Positions 24,708-34,990 of a stretch of 64,000 nt of DNA are shown here, one piece after another. The translations under genes and the position numbers were made by a program. The stretch is from Candidatus Parcubacteria bacterium (GTDB lineage Bacteria > Patescibacteriota > Minisyncoccia > Minisyncoccales > JAGLUP01): assembly GCA_023134715.1 (NCBI GenBank), contig JAGLUP010000005.1:8782-72781 (forward strand), given 5' to 3'. Within the stretch, counting starts at the first letter, position 1. Each line of letters opens with the position of its first letter. The notes under the pieces are model-generated. The model was not told the origin of the DNA and made no database searches. It saw only the letters and a program-made list of their open reading frames with translations.

Positions 24708-25918
24708 ACTTTATTTTTTAATTCTTGCATTTCTTCTTTGACTATTTGGCGGTCGTCCCAAGGTATTTTTTTGCCACCAGCTACGCACATCCATGGTTCG
24801 CATCCCTTGCCGGTAATAATTATTGTATCGCCCGGCCTGGCCAAGCTCAAAGCTTTTTTAATCGCCTTTCTTCTATCTAAAATTTTCTGAAAACTCTTTT
24901 TAATGCCTTGCTCTATCTCAGATAAAATTTGATTTGGGTTCTCGTCATAAGGGTCTTCATTTGTAAGAATAATCTCATCGCAATATTGGTTAGCGATTTT
25001 TCCAAACTCTGGCCTCTTCCATTTATCTCGTCCTCCACCAGCAGCACCTAGAACACAAATCAATTTTGTATCCTGTATTGTTTTATATACTTTTTCAAGT
25101 TCATCGGGAGTGTGGGCATAGTCAACAATAACTGAAAAAGGTTCTTTTATAATGACTTCCATTCTTCCGGAAATTGCTTTTATCTTTTCCAGCGCTTTTT
25201 TACAAACTTCCAAATCAATTCCTTGAGATAATGCAACGCAAACCGCAGCCAAAGAATTATAGACATTAAATTCACCTAAAAGTTTTAAATTAAATTCAAC
25301 CTCAAAACTTTCTCCTGTTGTTAAATTTTTTATTATAGATTTAGGGCTTATGGAATATCCATATTTCTTGTCTGCCTGAAATTTTAAAAAATAATCAGTA
25401 TTTTTATCATCTAAATTTACAATATGAATTTTTTTAGCAATTTGAAAAAGATTGCCTTTTGCTTCTTTATATTTTTCAAATGTGCCATGCCTCTCAATAT
25501 GCTCTGGCGATAAATTAGTAAAAACCGCTGTATTAAAATCAATAAAACAATGACGATTCTGAAGAATTCCCTCAGATGTTACTTCTATTACCACATATTT
25601 ACAACCAGCATTCTTTGCTTTTCTTAAAAATTTCTGGATATAACCGCGGCCGGGCATTGTCATCTTAAAAAGATTTATTTCTTCTTTGTCCTGTATTTTA
25701 AATCCTATTGAAGACAAAGAAGCAATAGGAAGTCCTGCCTCTCTAAAAATTTGGTGGAGCATTTCAACAACCGTTGATTTGCCGGCAGTACCCGTTACCC
25801 CAATAATAATTAATTTTTGGGAAGGAAATCTATAAAAAACAGCGCTTAAAAAAGCTAAGAGCAAATGATAATAGCTAATTAAAAAACCAGGAATAAATTT
25901 TCTTAAAACACTAATCAT
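24704..25918 (-). CDS. Mur ligase family protein (MurE-like, N-terminal TM helix)
   Basis: It has the P-loop GVTGTAGKST, DYAHTPD, and a C-terminal GKG pattern. Confidence 0.75.
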   Translation of the reverse strand: MISVLRKFIPGFLISYYHLLLAFLSAVFYRFPSQKLIIIGVTGTAGKSTVVEMLHQIFREAGLPIASLSSIGFKIQDKEEINLFKMTMPGRGYIQKFLRKAKNAGCKYVVIEVTSEGILQNRHCFIDFNTAVFTNLSPEHIERHGTFEKYKEAKGNLFQIAKKIHIVNLDDKNTDYFLKFQADKKYGYSISPKSIIKNLTTGESFEVEFNLKLLGEFNVYNSLAAVCVALSQGIDLEVCKKALEKIKAISGRMEVIIKEPFSVIVDYAHTPDELEKVYKTIQDTKLICVLGAAGGGRDKWKRPEFGKIANQYCDEIILTNEDPYDENPNQILSEIEQGIKKSFQKILDRRKAIKKALSLARPGDTIIITGKGCEPWMCVAGGKKIPWDDRQIVKEEMQELKNKV

Positions 25919-25927
25919 TGAAAAAAT

Positions 25928-26491
25928 TTATTTGCCTAAAATTTTGAGCGCTTGTTTAATTCTTTTTTCAGGAGCTTTGATTTCTTCTGGAACTTGAGAC
26001 AGGGCTTCTTTCGCTTTTTGACGAGAAAAACCAAGATTAGCCAAAGCATTTTCAGCTTCATCTATTTTTTTGATTTTTTCTTTTGAAATCTCTTTTAATT
26101 TTCCTGAAAGCTCTAAAATAATTGTGCGCGCTTTCTTTTTACCAATTCCTAAAACTCCGGAGAATATATCTTCGTGCTGATACTCAATTTCTTTCCTTAA
26201 TTTTTCTAATGGACCTAAAGAAGAAATTTCCAAAGCCATTTTTGGACCTACGCCTGAAATGCCAATCAAGAGCTCAAAGAATTCAAGTTCTTTAAAATCT
26301 AAAAATCCATATAAATCTAAAGCATTTTCGCGAACACAAAGATAGCAAAAAATTTCAAACGATTTATCGTTTTCTGATATTTTTTCCAAAGTTTTTTTAG
26401 ATAAAAAAATCTTATAACCAACACCTCCCACATCTAAAACAATAAACTTTTCTTTTTTTAAAACAATTTTTCCTGAAAGATAAGAAATCAT
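25928..26491 (-). CDS. ruvA: Holliday junction branch-migration complex subunit RuvA
   Basis: It has MISYLSGKI...VGGVGYKIF and the HhH motifs GISGVGPKMA and LGIGKKKA. Confidence 0.9.
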   Translation of the reverse strand: MISYLSGKIVLKKEKFIVLDVGGVGYKIFLSKKTLEKISENDKSFEIFCYLCVRENALDLYGFLDFKELEFFELLIGISGVGPKMALEISSLGPLEKLRKEIEYQHEDIFSGVLGIGKKKARTIILELSGKLKEISKEKIKKIDEAENALANLGFSRQKAKEALSQVPEEIKAPEKRIKQALKILGK

Positions 26492-26530
26492 ATATTTTTA
26501 TTATAACATAGCAAAAAACGAAAGAAACTG

Positions 26531-26566
26531 AATTTTTCAAAGCGAGAATTCTGGATTTTCTGAGAC
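26531..26566. repeat. Second copy of the 36-nt element aatttttSaaWgcgagaattctggattttctgagac
   Basis: It matches 14224-14259 at 34/36 in the same orientation and ends at the first base of the rsmI stop codon. Confidence 0.75.
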
Positions 26567-27249
26567 TATCTCCGCGAATTAATAACCACAACAAATTCTC
26601 CCTTTACCTTGTCTTCCTCTATTTGTTTAATCACCTCATTGATTGTTCCGCGATAAATCGTTTCAAATTTCTTAGTGAGCTCCCGACAAACCACAATATT
26701 TCGCGTATGTTCCGCGTCTGTTTCGCGTAAATCACGGAGTGATTTTAATATACGATAACGGGATTCATAAAAAATAACTGGATATTCTGATTGTAAAACC
26801 TTTTCAAAAAACTTTTTTCTTTTTCTTTTTGTAGGAGGAAAACCCATAAATAAAAACCTATCCATGGGAAAACCAGAAATTGAAGCGGCTGCAATCAGCG
26901 CCGAAGGACCGGGAATAGGAATAATCTGAATTTCATCGCCTAATTGTTCAAAAACTTGGCTAATCAATAAATTTCCCGGATCAGAAACTCCCGGGGTTCC
27001 AGCGTCAGAGACCAAAGCCAAATTTTTGCGAGCTTTTAAAAGCTCAATAATATATTCAACTTTTTTAAGCTTTGAATGCTGATGATAGCTTAAAGCTGGG
27101 GTTTTTATATCGTAACGCTCTAATAATTTTCTCGTTATCCGAGTATCTTCGCATAAAATAAAATCAGCCCCTTTTAAAACTTCTAAAGCGCGAGGGCTGA
27201 CATCCTTAAGGTTTCCTATCGGAGTGGCAACAATATAAAAAATTGCCAT
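26566..27249 (-). CDS. rsmI: 16S rRNA (cytidine1402-2'-O)-methyltransferase RsmI
   Basis: It has YIVATPIGNLKD...EDTR...SDAGTPGVSDPG...RELTKKFE. Confidence 0.9.
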   Translation of the reverse strand: MAIFYIVATPIGNLKDVSPRALEVLKGADFILCEDTRITRKLLERYDIKTPALSYHQHSKLKKVEYIIELLKARKNLALVSDAGTPGVSDPGNLLISQVFEQLGDEIQIIPIPGPSALIAAASISGFPMDRFLFMGFPPTKRKRKKFFEKVLQSEYPVIFYESRYRILKSLRDLRETDAEHTRNIVVCRELTKKFETIYRGTINEVIKQIEEDKVKGEFVVVINSRR

Positions 27250-27265
27250 AGTAATTTATAACTTA

Positions 27266-27850
27266 TTATTTCTCGGTTCTTATTACTTTATCAATAATTC
27301 CATATTCCTTGGCTTCGTCAGCTGAAAGATAAAAATCCCTATCAGTGTCTTTTTCTATTTTTTCTAATGGCCGTCCTGTGTGTTCAGCTAAAATTTTATT
27401 AAGTTTGCTCTTAATTTTAATAATTTGCCTGGCAGTAATCTCAATTTCTACTGCCTGTCCTGTAACTCCGCCGGCAACCTGATGAAGTAAAACCTCAGAA
27501 TTGGGCAAAGCAAATCTCTTGCCTTTGGCTCCAGCCGCTAATATAGTAGCGCCCATTGAAGCTGCTAATCCAATGCAAACTGTGGATATATCGCATTTTA
27601 CATACTGCATCGTGTCATAAACAGCCATTCCGGCTGTTACGGAACCGCCGGGAGTATTAATATAAAGCTGAATATCTTTTTTATGGTCTTGCGAAGCTAA
27701 AAAAAGCATCTGCGCGATAATTGAATTTGCCACCGGGTCAACTATCGGACCAACCAAAAAAATTATTCTCTCTTTTAAGAGCCGTGAATAAATATCATAA
27801 GCTCGCTCGCCAAATTTAGATTTTTCAACAACAGTTGGAATTAAGTTCAT
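27266..27850 (-). CDS. clpP: ATP-dependent Clp protease proteolytic subunit
   Basis: It has [18 protein letters not shown]...GLAASMGA...[10 protein letters not shown]. Confidence 0.95.
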   Translation of the reverse strand: MNLIPTVVEKSKFGERAYDIYSRLLKERIIFLVGPIVDPVANSIIAQMLFLASQDHKKDIQLYINTPGGSVTAGMAVYDTMQYVKCDISTVCIGLAASMGATILAAGAKGKRFALPNSEVLLHQVAGGVTGQAVEIEITARQIIKIKSKLNKILAEHTGRPLEKIEKDTDRDFYLSADEAKEYGIIDKVIRTEK

Positions 27851-27858
27851 AAATTTTA

Positions 27859-29139
27859 TTATAAATTTTGCTCTAATAATTGAAAAATTTTCTCTGTGTG
27901 AATAACGTCTTTATAATACATCTTTAATTTATTATGGTCAATCTCTTTTTTAGCTGCTTCAATATCAGGATAATTTTTAAAAACTTTATTTATTTCTTGC
28001 TCTATTTCTGCATCAGAGACCTTAATGTCTTCTTTTTTTCCGATTTCTCTCAAAATTAAAAAATTTCTCACTTTTTTTTCTGCTTCAGAAGAAAAAGATT
28101 TTTTTAGCTCCTCCTCTGACTTACTAATTTCAGACAAATATTTTTCAAAACTGATTTTAAAATCCTGAGAAATTTTTTGTTTCAAATTTTCAATCATCTG
28201 GTCTTTTTCTCTTTGTATTAAAATTTCAGGGATTCCAAAATCTAATGAATCATTTATTTTATCTAAAATTTCCTGGCGAACTTTTTGTTTTTCTTTCATT
28301 TTTTTCTCCTGCTCTAATCCTTGTCTTATATTTTTTTTCAAATCATCTAAGTTTTCAAACTTGCCTAAATTTTTAGCAAACTCATCATTAAGTTCCGCTA
28401 ATTCCATTTTCTGGACTGATTCTACTTTTACCCAAAAATCTGCTTTTTTACCAGCATATTCTTTTTTGATATAATCCTCGGGAAATATTAAGGAAAACTC
28501 TTTTTCCTCATTAGCTGACATTTTTTGTAATTTTTCTTCAAAACCGGGAATAAATCCTCCTTGTCCAAGCAAAAAAGCGTCTTTCCTCTCTGGCTCATCA
28601 AACCCTATTTCTTTATTGCTTGCCCTAAATTTTATTTCTACCCAATCACCTTTTTGCGCGGATTGATTTTTTAAGGTAAGCTTTGCCCTTGATTTCTGAA
28701 GCCACTTCAAACCATCTTCAATTTCTTTTTCTTCTACAGAAATTTGTCTTTTTCTAACCTGAGAAGCAATCTTTTTATAATCAGACAAATCAATCTCCGG
28801 CAAAACAGGAACCATTGCCTTAAATTCAAAAGGATTGCCTAACGCTAATTTTAAAATCTCTATATTCGGTTGGTCAATTGCCTCTATCTTTTTTTCTGAA
28901 ATTGCTTGAATATAATTTTCTTTTATAGCTATTTCAGCCGCCTCGTTTAAAATTTTACCTTGACCAATTTGTTTTTCAGCAATTTCCTGGGGAACTTTGC
29001 CCTGCCGAAAACCATCTGCTTTTAAATTTTTAGAAAGCTCGGCAAGAGCTTTCTGATAATAATTATTAAATTTTTGCTCTGAAATCTCAAATAAAATTTC
29101 TATTTGGGATTTAGGCAGTTTTTTAATTGTTGTTTTCAT
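27859..29139 (-). CDS. tig: Trigger factor
   Basis: 426 aa with an N-terminal GFRQGKVP motif. It lies upstream of clpP, which is the classic tig-clpP order. Confidence 0.85.
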   Translation of the reverse strand: MKTTIKKLPKSQIEILFEISEQKFNNYYQKALAELSKNLKADGFRQGKVPQEIAEKQIGQGKILNEAAEIAIKENYIQAISEKKIEAIDQPNIEILKLALGNPFEFKAMVPVLPEIDLSDYKKIASQVRKRQISVEEKEIEDGLKWLQKSRAKLTLKNQSAQKGDWVEIKFRASNKEIGFDEPERKDAFLLGQGGFIPGFEEKLQKMSANEEKEFSLIFPEDYIKKEYAGKKADFWVKVESVQKMELAELNDEFAKNLGKFENLDDLKKNIRQGLEQEKKMKEKQKVRQEILDKINDSLDFGIPEILIQREKDQMIENLKQKISQDFKISFEKYLSEISKSEEELKKSFSSEAEKKVRNFLILREIGKKEDIKVSDAEIEQEINKVFKNYPDIEAAKKEIDHNKLKMYYKDVIHTEKIFQLLEQNL

Positions 29140-29668
29140 TCTTGTATTTTTCTACGGCTTTTTTAATAACTTTTTTCGCTTCTTCAATGCCTTTCCACCC
29201 TCCAATTTTTACATGTTCATACTTTCCTTCTTCCAATTTTTTATAATCAGCAAAAAAAAGCTCTATTTCTTTTTTAAAATGTTTTCCAAGATCATCAATG
29301 CTTTCCACCTCTTCAAATCTGGGATCTACTTTTTTCAATGGAACAGTTATAATTTTATTATCAATTCCTGCTTCATCTTCCATTAAAAGCATTCCAATCG
29401 GCCGAGCTTCAACTAAACATCCGGGGAAAGTTGGAAAAGTAGTTAAAAGAACAACATCTAAGCAATCGCCATCATCATAAAGTGTCTGCGGGATAAACCC
29501 ATACTCAAAAGGAAAAAATAGTGGCGAATGAAGAACTCTGTCTAATTTAAAATAACCCTCTTCTTTATACTCATATTTATTGCTTCCGCCTTTGGCAACG
29601 TCAATTACTACATTAATCTGTTCTGGGGGATTACTTCCGGGTGAAAGAATTTTCAAAAGATTTGGCAT
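29123..29668 (-). CDS. ppa: Inorganic pyrophosphatase (family I)
   Basis: It has NKYEY...LDRVL...PFEYGFIPQT...DGDCLDVVLL. Confidence 0.9.
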   Translation of the reverse strand: MPNLLKILSPGSNPPEQINVVIDVAKGGSNKYEYKEEGYFKLDRVLHSPLFFPFEYGFIPQTLYDDGDCLDVVLLTTFPTFPGCLVEARPIGMLLMEDEAGIDNKIITVPLKKVDPRFEEVESIDDLGKHFKKEIELFFADYKKLEEGKYEHVKIGGWKGIEEAKKVIKKAVEKYKNENNN

Positions 29669-29695
29669 ATTTTTGAAAATCCAAAATTCAAAAGC

Positions 29696-30943
29696 CTAAA
29701 CTGTTTTAGATTTAGCGCTTTGCGCTTTGGATTTCTTATTAGTTTTTACTTCTTTTTTGACTTTTTCTTTTTTATCCTGTTTTTTATCTTGTTTTTTTAT
29801 TTCTTTTTCATCTTCTTTATCTTTCTCAGACTCTGGGCTTCTTACATCTATTTTCCAACCAGTTAATTTTGCGGCCAGACGAACATTCTGACCGTCTTTG
29901 CCAATAGCTAAAGAAAGCTGGTCTTCAGGCACAATCACCAATGCCTTATTTTTTTCTTCAATGCTTACTTCTAAAACATTTGCTGGAGAAAGAGCATTAG
30001 CAATAAATTTTTCCGGCTCCTCCTCCCATTCAATAATATCAATCTTTTCACCTTCTAATTCATTAGTTATCACCAAAACCCGAGTCCCTTTTTGACCCAC
30101 AGCCGCGCCTATAGGATCAATTCCTTCTTCTGTTGAGGCAACAGCAATCTTGGAACGAGAACCTGGCTCTCTGGCAATTGCTTTAATCACAACCTGGCCA
30201 GAAGAAATTTCAGGAACCTCTAATTCAAAAAGCTTGGAAATTAATTTAGGAAAAGCTCTGGACAAAAAAATTATCGGGCCCCTTGAGGTCTCCTCAATTT
30301 TTAAAATATAAACTTTTAAACGCTGTCCCGGCTTATAAAATTCTCTTGGAATTTGCTCTTCTCTTGGTAAAATACCTAATGTTTTCCCTATATTTAAAAA
30401 GACATTACTTCCTTCAATACGTTGAACAACTCCAGAGATAACTTCTCCTTCTTTTGATTTATATTCATCTAAAATCGCTTCTCTTTCCGCTTCTCTAATT
30501 TTTTGCAAAATTACTTGTTTTGCGGTTTGAGCCGCAATCCTGCCATAATCTTCTTTTGATTCTAATGGCAAATTAAGCTCTTCTTCTAATTTAATGTCTG
30601 ATTTTATTTTTTTAGCATCTTCTAATATAATATGCCTTTCTGGATTAAAGCGAATCTTTTTTTCTTCCTCTGGTCCTTCTTCTTTGGTTTTTTTCTCTTT
30701 TAACTTTTCTAATTCTTCATCTGAATAAATCATTTTTTTATCCACCACTAACTTCACCTGCCAAAACTCTGCTTTGCCGGTTTTAGAATTAAGCTTAGCT
30801 TTAATTATTTGCCCTCTTTCTCCATATTCTTTTTTATAAGCCGCAGCAAGAGCTGTTTCGATTGTCTCGAGAACTTTTTTAGAAGAAATGCCTTTTTCTT
30901 CGGCAATTTGAGCAATAGTTGATGTAAAAATTTTTAAATCCAT
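29696..30943 (-). CDS. nusA: Transcription termination/antitermination factor NusA with Lys-rich C-terminal tail
   Basis: It has an S1 domain (GEVISGVVQRIEG), KH motifs (AVGQKGTRV and AIGKDGQNVRLA), and the tail KEDEKEIKKQDKKQDKKEKVKKE. Confidence 0.9.
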   Translation of the reverse strand: MDLKIFTSTIAQIAEEKGISSKKVLETIETALAAAYKKEYGERGQIIKAKLNSKTGKAEFWQVKLVVDKKMIYSDEELEKLKEKKTKEEGPEEEKKIRFNPERHIILEDAKKIKSDIKLEEELNLPLESKEDYGRIAAQTAKQVILQKIREAEREAILDEYKSKEGEVISGVVQRIEGSNVFLNIGKTLGILPREEQIPREFYKPGQRLKVYILKIEETSRGPIIFLSRAFPKLISKLFELEVPEISSGQVVIKAIAREPGSRSKIAVASTEEGIDPIGAAVGQKGTRVLVITNELEGEKIDIIEWEEEPEKFIANALSPANVLEVSIEEKNKALVIVPEDQLSLAIGKDGQNVRLAAKLTGWKIDVRSPESEKDKEDEKEIKKQDKKQDKKEKVKKEVKTNKKSKAQSAKSKTV

Positions 30944-30960
30944 ATTTTTATATTTTTATT

Positions 30961-30984
30961 AAAAATGTCCGTTTCCAACGGACA
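30961..30984 (-). terminator. Rho-independent terminator downstream of the cupin gene
   Basis: The stem is tgtccgtt/aacggaca. The minus strand reads tgtccgttggaaacggacattttt. Confidence 0.6.
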
Positions 30985-31077
30985 ATTAAATCTTTCTAAT
31001 CACAATTTCATCCTACCAAAACCAAATTAATTGTCAAGCTGTGGGGAAATTTTGAGCAATTCATTGACAAAATAATT

Positions 31078-32112
31078 TTATAATTCCGATGCACAGTAAA
31101 GTTTTGCAAAAATATTTTTTGAAGTATTATGAAGTGAATAATTCTGTTTTTTTAAAAAAACCATGTAATCTTTTTTTCCCCGACGAGTCGGGGAAGCTTT
31201 TTTTCTCTTATCTTTTGTTTTTATCTCAATACAACCATTAATGATGTAAATTGCCGTATCTTTTTTCACAGTAAATTTTATATTTTGGCTTGGCTTAATA
31301 ATTAAAATGAATATTTTATATTTATATCCAAGAGAATTAATAACTTTATATATTAATGTTCCCCATCTTTCTGCGCGGCTTATCGGCTTAATTATTTTTA
31401 TATATCCCTTATGTTTTTTAGGTAATTTATCAACACCAATTCTGTCTTGAAATCCTAATGGAAGCTTAACTGTTGCGTTTAACGCGCTCTTTTTTTGCCT
31501 ATTGACAAGTGTATGCACAGTCCCTTTCTTTACCAAAATTATTTTTCCCGGCTCAACACTAAAAGATTTTATCTTATTATTCACTATCGCTTCAACATCA
31601 ATTTTGCCTGACAATACCATGGTGTATTCATCCATGTCAGAATGTAAATGATAATTTTGGATGAGATTTGGCGTTGTTACAGCCATTGAAACGCATAATC
31701 CATTATCATAGTAAATATTTTGATGCAAGCCAAAATATTTCCTTACTTCATATATGCCATTTTTACTTTTTTCTTTGAAGATACACAATTGATTTGGTTT
31801 TAATATGCCAAAAGAGCCAGAAATTTGAAGCAAACAATTCTCCCTCTTAAGATGATTTGCTCTTTTTATTATTTGAGTTATTTTATTTCTATCTTTAACA
31901 GAAAAATTATGTTTTACTGACACCTGTTTTAATATTTGTTTGCCTTTATCTCTTATACGCAATAATGCTTTTACTCTTTGGTCTCTTTCTCTAAATTTCA
32001 CTGGCGGTATAAGCGACTGCTGCATTTTTGCAATTTCGTTTAATTTTTTTGAGCTGTTATTAATATATGTGTTAATCATTTTTTTGGATTTGATAATGAC
32101 AAATAAAACCAC
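31078..32112 (-). CDS. Bicupin-like hypothetical protein (mannose-6-phosphate-isomerase-like cupin folds)
   Basis: The cupin core is HLHSDMDEYTMVLSGKIDVE...GTVHTLVN, and a second degenerate cupin lies at the C-terminus. The start is uncertain (M1, M12 or M30). Confidence 0.5.
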   Translation of the reverse strand: MVLFVIIKSKKMINTYINNSSKKLNEIAKMQQSLIPPVKFRERDQRVKALLRIRDKGKQILKQVSVKHNFSVKDRNKITQIIKRANHLKRENCLLQISGSFGILKPNQLCIFKEKSKNGIYEVRKYFGLHQNIYYDNGLCVSMAVTTPNLIQNYHLHSDMDEYTMVLSGKIDVEAIVNNKIKSFSVEPGKIILVKKGTVHTLVNRQKKSALNATVKLPLGFQDRIGVDKLPKKHKGYIKIIKPISRAERWGTLIYKVINSLGYKYKIFILIIKPSQNIKFTVKKDTAIYIINGCIEIKTKDKRKKASPTRRGKKDYMVFLKKQNYSLHNTSKNIFAKLYCASEL

Positions 32113-32153
32113 TCCATAATAATTTTGATTAAAAGCCGAAGTTAAATTTATTT

Positions 32154-32399
32154 TTACTTCGGATGAGATTTTATTTCAAGAAAAATATAAGCATCTTTTT
32201 CAACCAAAAAGAAAAACCGGTAATTCCGGTCTACTCTTGCCTGCCAAATTTCCTGCTTTTCATCATATTTCTTGATTTTCAAAGAAGGATGATGAAAATT
32301 TTTTAATAAAAAATCAACTTGCTTTTTGAATTTTTTCTTTATTTCTTTTGGTAAAGATTTAAAATTTCTTTTAAAATGAGGAGTATAAAAAACCTTCAT
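32154..32399 (-). CDS. Type II toxin-antitoxin toxin, RelE/ParE superfamily
   Basis: 81 aa. It has FKRNFKSLPKEIKKKFKKQVDFLL...HPSLKIKK...WQARVDRNYRFFF, and its start overlaps the antitoxin stop. Confidence 0.75.
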   Translation of the reverse strand: MKVFYTPHFKRNFKSLPKEIKKKFKKQVDFLLKNFHHPSLKIKKYDEKQEIWQARVDRNYRFFFLVEKDAYIFLEIKSHPK

Positions 32400-32617
32400 T
32401 ATTTTTCTAAGCTTTTAATTAAATCTCTGCTTTTATTAAAAGGCCCGATTATTTCTCCTTCTTCAATTTCTTTTAATGCCTGTTGCAACCCCTTTTCTGT
32501 TTCTATTTGAGAAACTTTATTTTTTGCCAATTTCAAAAGCTCTTCCCAGTCTTGTCTTGAAACGACTATCAGCTCTTCTCCCTGAGTAATTTTTTTAGGA
32601 ATAGTTATCACAGCCAT
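32399..32617 (-). CDS. Type II antitoxin (small DNA-binding/neutralising partner)
   Basis: 72 aa. It lies immediately upstream of the RelE/ParE-like gene with a 1-nt overlap, and has the IGPFNKSRDLIKSLEK tail common in CPR-type antitoxins. Confidence 0.6.
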   Translation of the reverse strand: MAVITIPKKITQGEELIVVSRQDWEELLKLAKNKVSQIETEKGLQQALKEIEEGEIIGPFNKSRDLIKSLEK

Positions 32618-32671
32618 ATTTTTATTTTACTCTCTTTTTCTTTTACGTCAACAACAAATTGATAAACATAC

Positions 32672-33406
32672 TTATATTAAAAATCCGATTAGGGCGCCGA
32701 GGAAGCAAAGTAAGCTGAAAATTAGGGTAAAGCGATAAAAATTTATTCCCTGCGCAATTTTCATTAAAAAATTCAAGCTTAAAAAACCAGCTAAAAAACT
32801 AAATATCAAAGACGGCCAGGCATTAAGCAAAATTGAATTTTCTAAAATCAAATAAGTGGTTGAGACCAAAATCACTGGAGCTGACATCATATAAGAGAGT
32901 TTTAAAATCTGAGCAGGGGATAGATTTCCTAAAGACAAACCAAAAATAGTAGAGCCAGACCGTGAAAGCCCTGGAATTACCGCTAACCCCTGCAAGCATC
33001 CGGCAATCACCGCCAGTTTATTCAAATCTAATCCTAAAGTTTTTTTTGTCTTATGAAAATAAGATGTTAAAAGCAAACCAAAACCCATAATCAATAAAAG
33101 AACATTTCCCACAGCCATATTCCTAACCAGCTTATAAAAAGGAAATCCAACGATTAAAGATATAAAAGTAGAAATTATTAAAAATTGAATTAGTTTGGAA
33201 TTTTTTAAAATAAAAACCTGCTTCCAATCGTTTCTAAAATAAATTAAAACTGCAAAAAAAGTTCCTAAATGCAAAAACAAAGCCATATCAACAGGATTGG
33301 CTTGTATTTTTAAAAACTGGCTTGCAAAAGCAACCACTCCCTCGCTGGAAATCGGAATCCACTCAAAAATCCCTTGTAAAACTCCTAAAATAATATAATC
33401 CCACAT
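32672..33406 (-). CDS. uppP: Undecaprenyl-diphosphate phosphatase
   Basis: It has FEWIPISSEG and PGLSRSGSTI motifs and 7-8 TM helices. Confidence 0.9.
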   Translation of the reverse strand: MWDYIILGVLQGIFEWIPISSEGVVAFASQFLKIQANPVDMALFLHLGTFFAVLIYFRNDWKQVFILKNSKLIQFLIISTFISLIVGFPFYKLVRNMAVGNVLLLIMGFGLLLTSYFHKTKKTLGLDLNKLAVIAGCLQGLAVIPGLSRSGSTIFGLSLGNLSPAQILKLSYMMSAPVILVSTTYLILENSILLNAWPSLIFSFLAGFLSLNFLMKIAQGINFYRFTLIFSLLCFLGALIGFLI

Positions 33407-33412
33407 AATTTT

Positions 33413-34345
33413 TTACAAATATTTTAATCTACCTCTTATATCAGAAATAGAAGAATAACCTTTCTTTTCTAAAATTTCTTCTAATTCTTTATTTATTCTT
33501 TGAAAACAATTAACCCCTTCTCTTTCAAAAGTAGTCCCAACTTGAACAGCATCTGCTCCAGCTAAAAGAAATTCAAATGCATCTTGGCCAGTTTTTATTC
33601 CACCCACTCCCATAATAGAAACTTTATCTTTTAATAATTCGTAAAATCTTCTAACATTGCCCAAAGCAATCGGTTTAATATAGCCTCCGGAAAGCCCGCC
33701 AAACCCTTTTTGAGGTTTGATTAAGGTTGTTTCTTTTCCGGGGTCTATGATTAAGGCATTCCCAACACTGTTTATAGAAGCGATAAAAGGAACATTATAT
33801 TGCTTTATTAAATCAGCCATTTTTTCTTGCAAAACATAACAAAGATAAGCAGGAAGTTTTAAACCAATCGGCTTTTCTCCCAAATTAGAAATTTTATCTA
33901 AAAGTTCTTTTATTTTTTCAAAATTATAAACAATCGGCAGTCCTTCTTCTACAATATTTGGACAAGATAAATTTACTTCAATTAAATCCACTTCGCTTTC
34001 CTGAAATGTTTTAACTAAAACTCTATATTCTTCTAAAGAAAACCCAACCACACTGGCAATAATTGGTTTTTTATATTGTTTTAGTTTAGGGATAAATTCA
34101 AGATACTTTCTGTATCCTAAATTTGGCAGTCCTTCAGATTGAAAATAACCGAACGGCAAATTAATCTCTCTTGGTTTCTCATTGCCTTTTCTTGGCTCTA
34201 TGGTGCAGGATTTTAACATTATTGCCGAAGATTCTGATTTCCCGATTTCTTCCAATTCTTCTAAAGTACCATCTTTTATTCCAGAAGCATTAAAAATATA
34301 GGAGTCAAATTCTATTCCGGCTATTTTTGTTTTGGCAGTTATCAT
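33413..34345 (-). CDS. pyrD: Dihydroorotate dehydrogenase-like flavoenzyme (class 1)
   Basis: It has NASG, EPRKGNEKPR, NLSCPN and GGLSGGYIKP motifs. Confidence 0.75.
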   Translation of the reverse strand: MITAKTKIAGIEFDSYIFNASGIKDGTLEELEEIGKSESSAIMLKSCTIEPRKGNEKPREINLPFGYFQSEGLPNLGYRKYLEFIPKLKQYKKPIIASVVGFSLEEYRVLVKTFQESEVDLIEVNLSCPNIVEEGLPIVYNFEKIKELLDKISNLGEKPIGLKLPAYLCYVLQEKMADLIKQYNVPFIASINSVGNALIIDPGKETTLIKPQKGFGGLSGGYIKPIALGNVRRFYELLKDKVSIMGVGGIKTGQDAFEFLLAGADAVQVGTTFEREGVNCFQRINKELEEILEKKGYSSISDIRGRLKYL

Positions 34346-34402
34346 AAAAATGTTTATTTTCTTTTTTAAATAAATTTCCGTATGAGGAAAATGGGACAGT
34401 TA

Positions 34403-34930
34403 TTATTTTAACCTACTCACAATAAATTGCGCTCGTTCATCAACTGGCATAACGGGCACGCGTAAAACCTTATAATCCAATTCTATATATGAATCATAGA
34501 GCAATTGATCTAATCGGCGCGCGGTTTCTTTGTCTTCAGCTCTTGCGTAATCCTGCTCAAAGGGTAAAGAATCCAATAGAAATACACTGCGATATTTTCT
34601 CTTCTGAGACGCCTCTTGAGCTGGGCTAATATCTTTACCACAAATTTGATAATAAGCAATGCTATCTGGAATCCCGCGCTCAAAAAAAGTAGGCCTATCG
34701 GGCTCAATTCTATTCTCAACATCTATCTTCATTTGTAAAACTCTTTTTTGAAATTCTGCTTCATCTGCTCTAATTTCATCAATTGCTCTTCCTCGGCTCA
34801 TTTCATTGTCAATCAAAATTCTGGCGGCTTCAGGAACCACAAAATATCCAAGAAATGCGAGATAATCAATGGTTTTTGTCTTCCCTGAGGAAGGACCACC
34901 TGTAATAACATACCAATTAGTTTTAATCAT
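34403..34930 (-). CDS. AAA_28-type P-loop ATPase/kinase (NadR C-terminal-domain-like)
   Basis: It has the Walker A GGPSSGKTKT. It is Arg-rich and visibly GC-richer than its neighbours. Confidence 0.6.
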   Translation of the reverse strand: MIKTNWYVITGGPSSGKTKTIDYLAFLGYFVVPEAARILIDNEMSRGRAIDEIRADEAEFQKRVLQMKIDVENRIEPDRPTFFERGIPDSIAYYQICGKDISPAQEASQKRKYRSVFLLDSLPFEQDYARAEDKETARRLDQLLYDSYIELDYKVLRVPVMPVDERAQFIVSRLK

Positions 34931-34990
34931 ATAAAATAAATAAAATTGGCTTTAATCTTTCTTTATTAGTTATTTTAATATAAAATTAAG

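Noticed and set aside
26690-26740. GC-rich direct repeat tacgcgaaa...tacgcgaaa inside rsmI as another inserted mini-element
   Set aside because: The encoded segment (LRETDAEHTRNIVVCRELTK) has the same length as the corresponding E. coli RsmI region as I recall it. There is no evidence of an insertion and no similarity to the CCCGCC/GGCGGG family.
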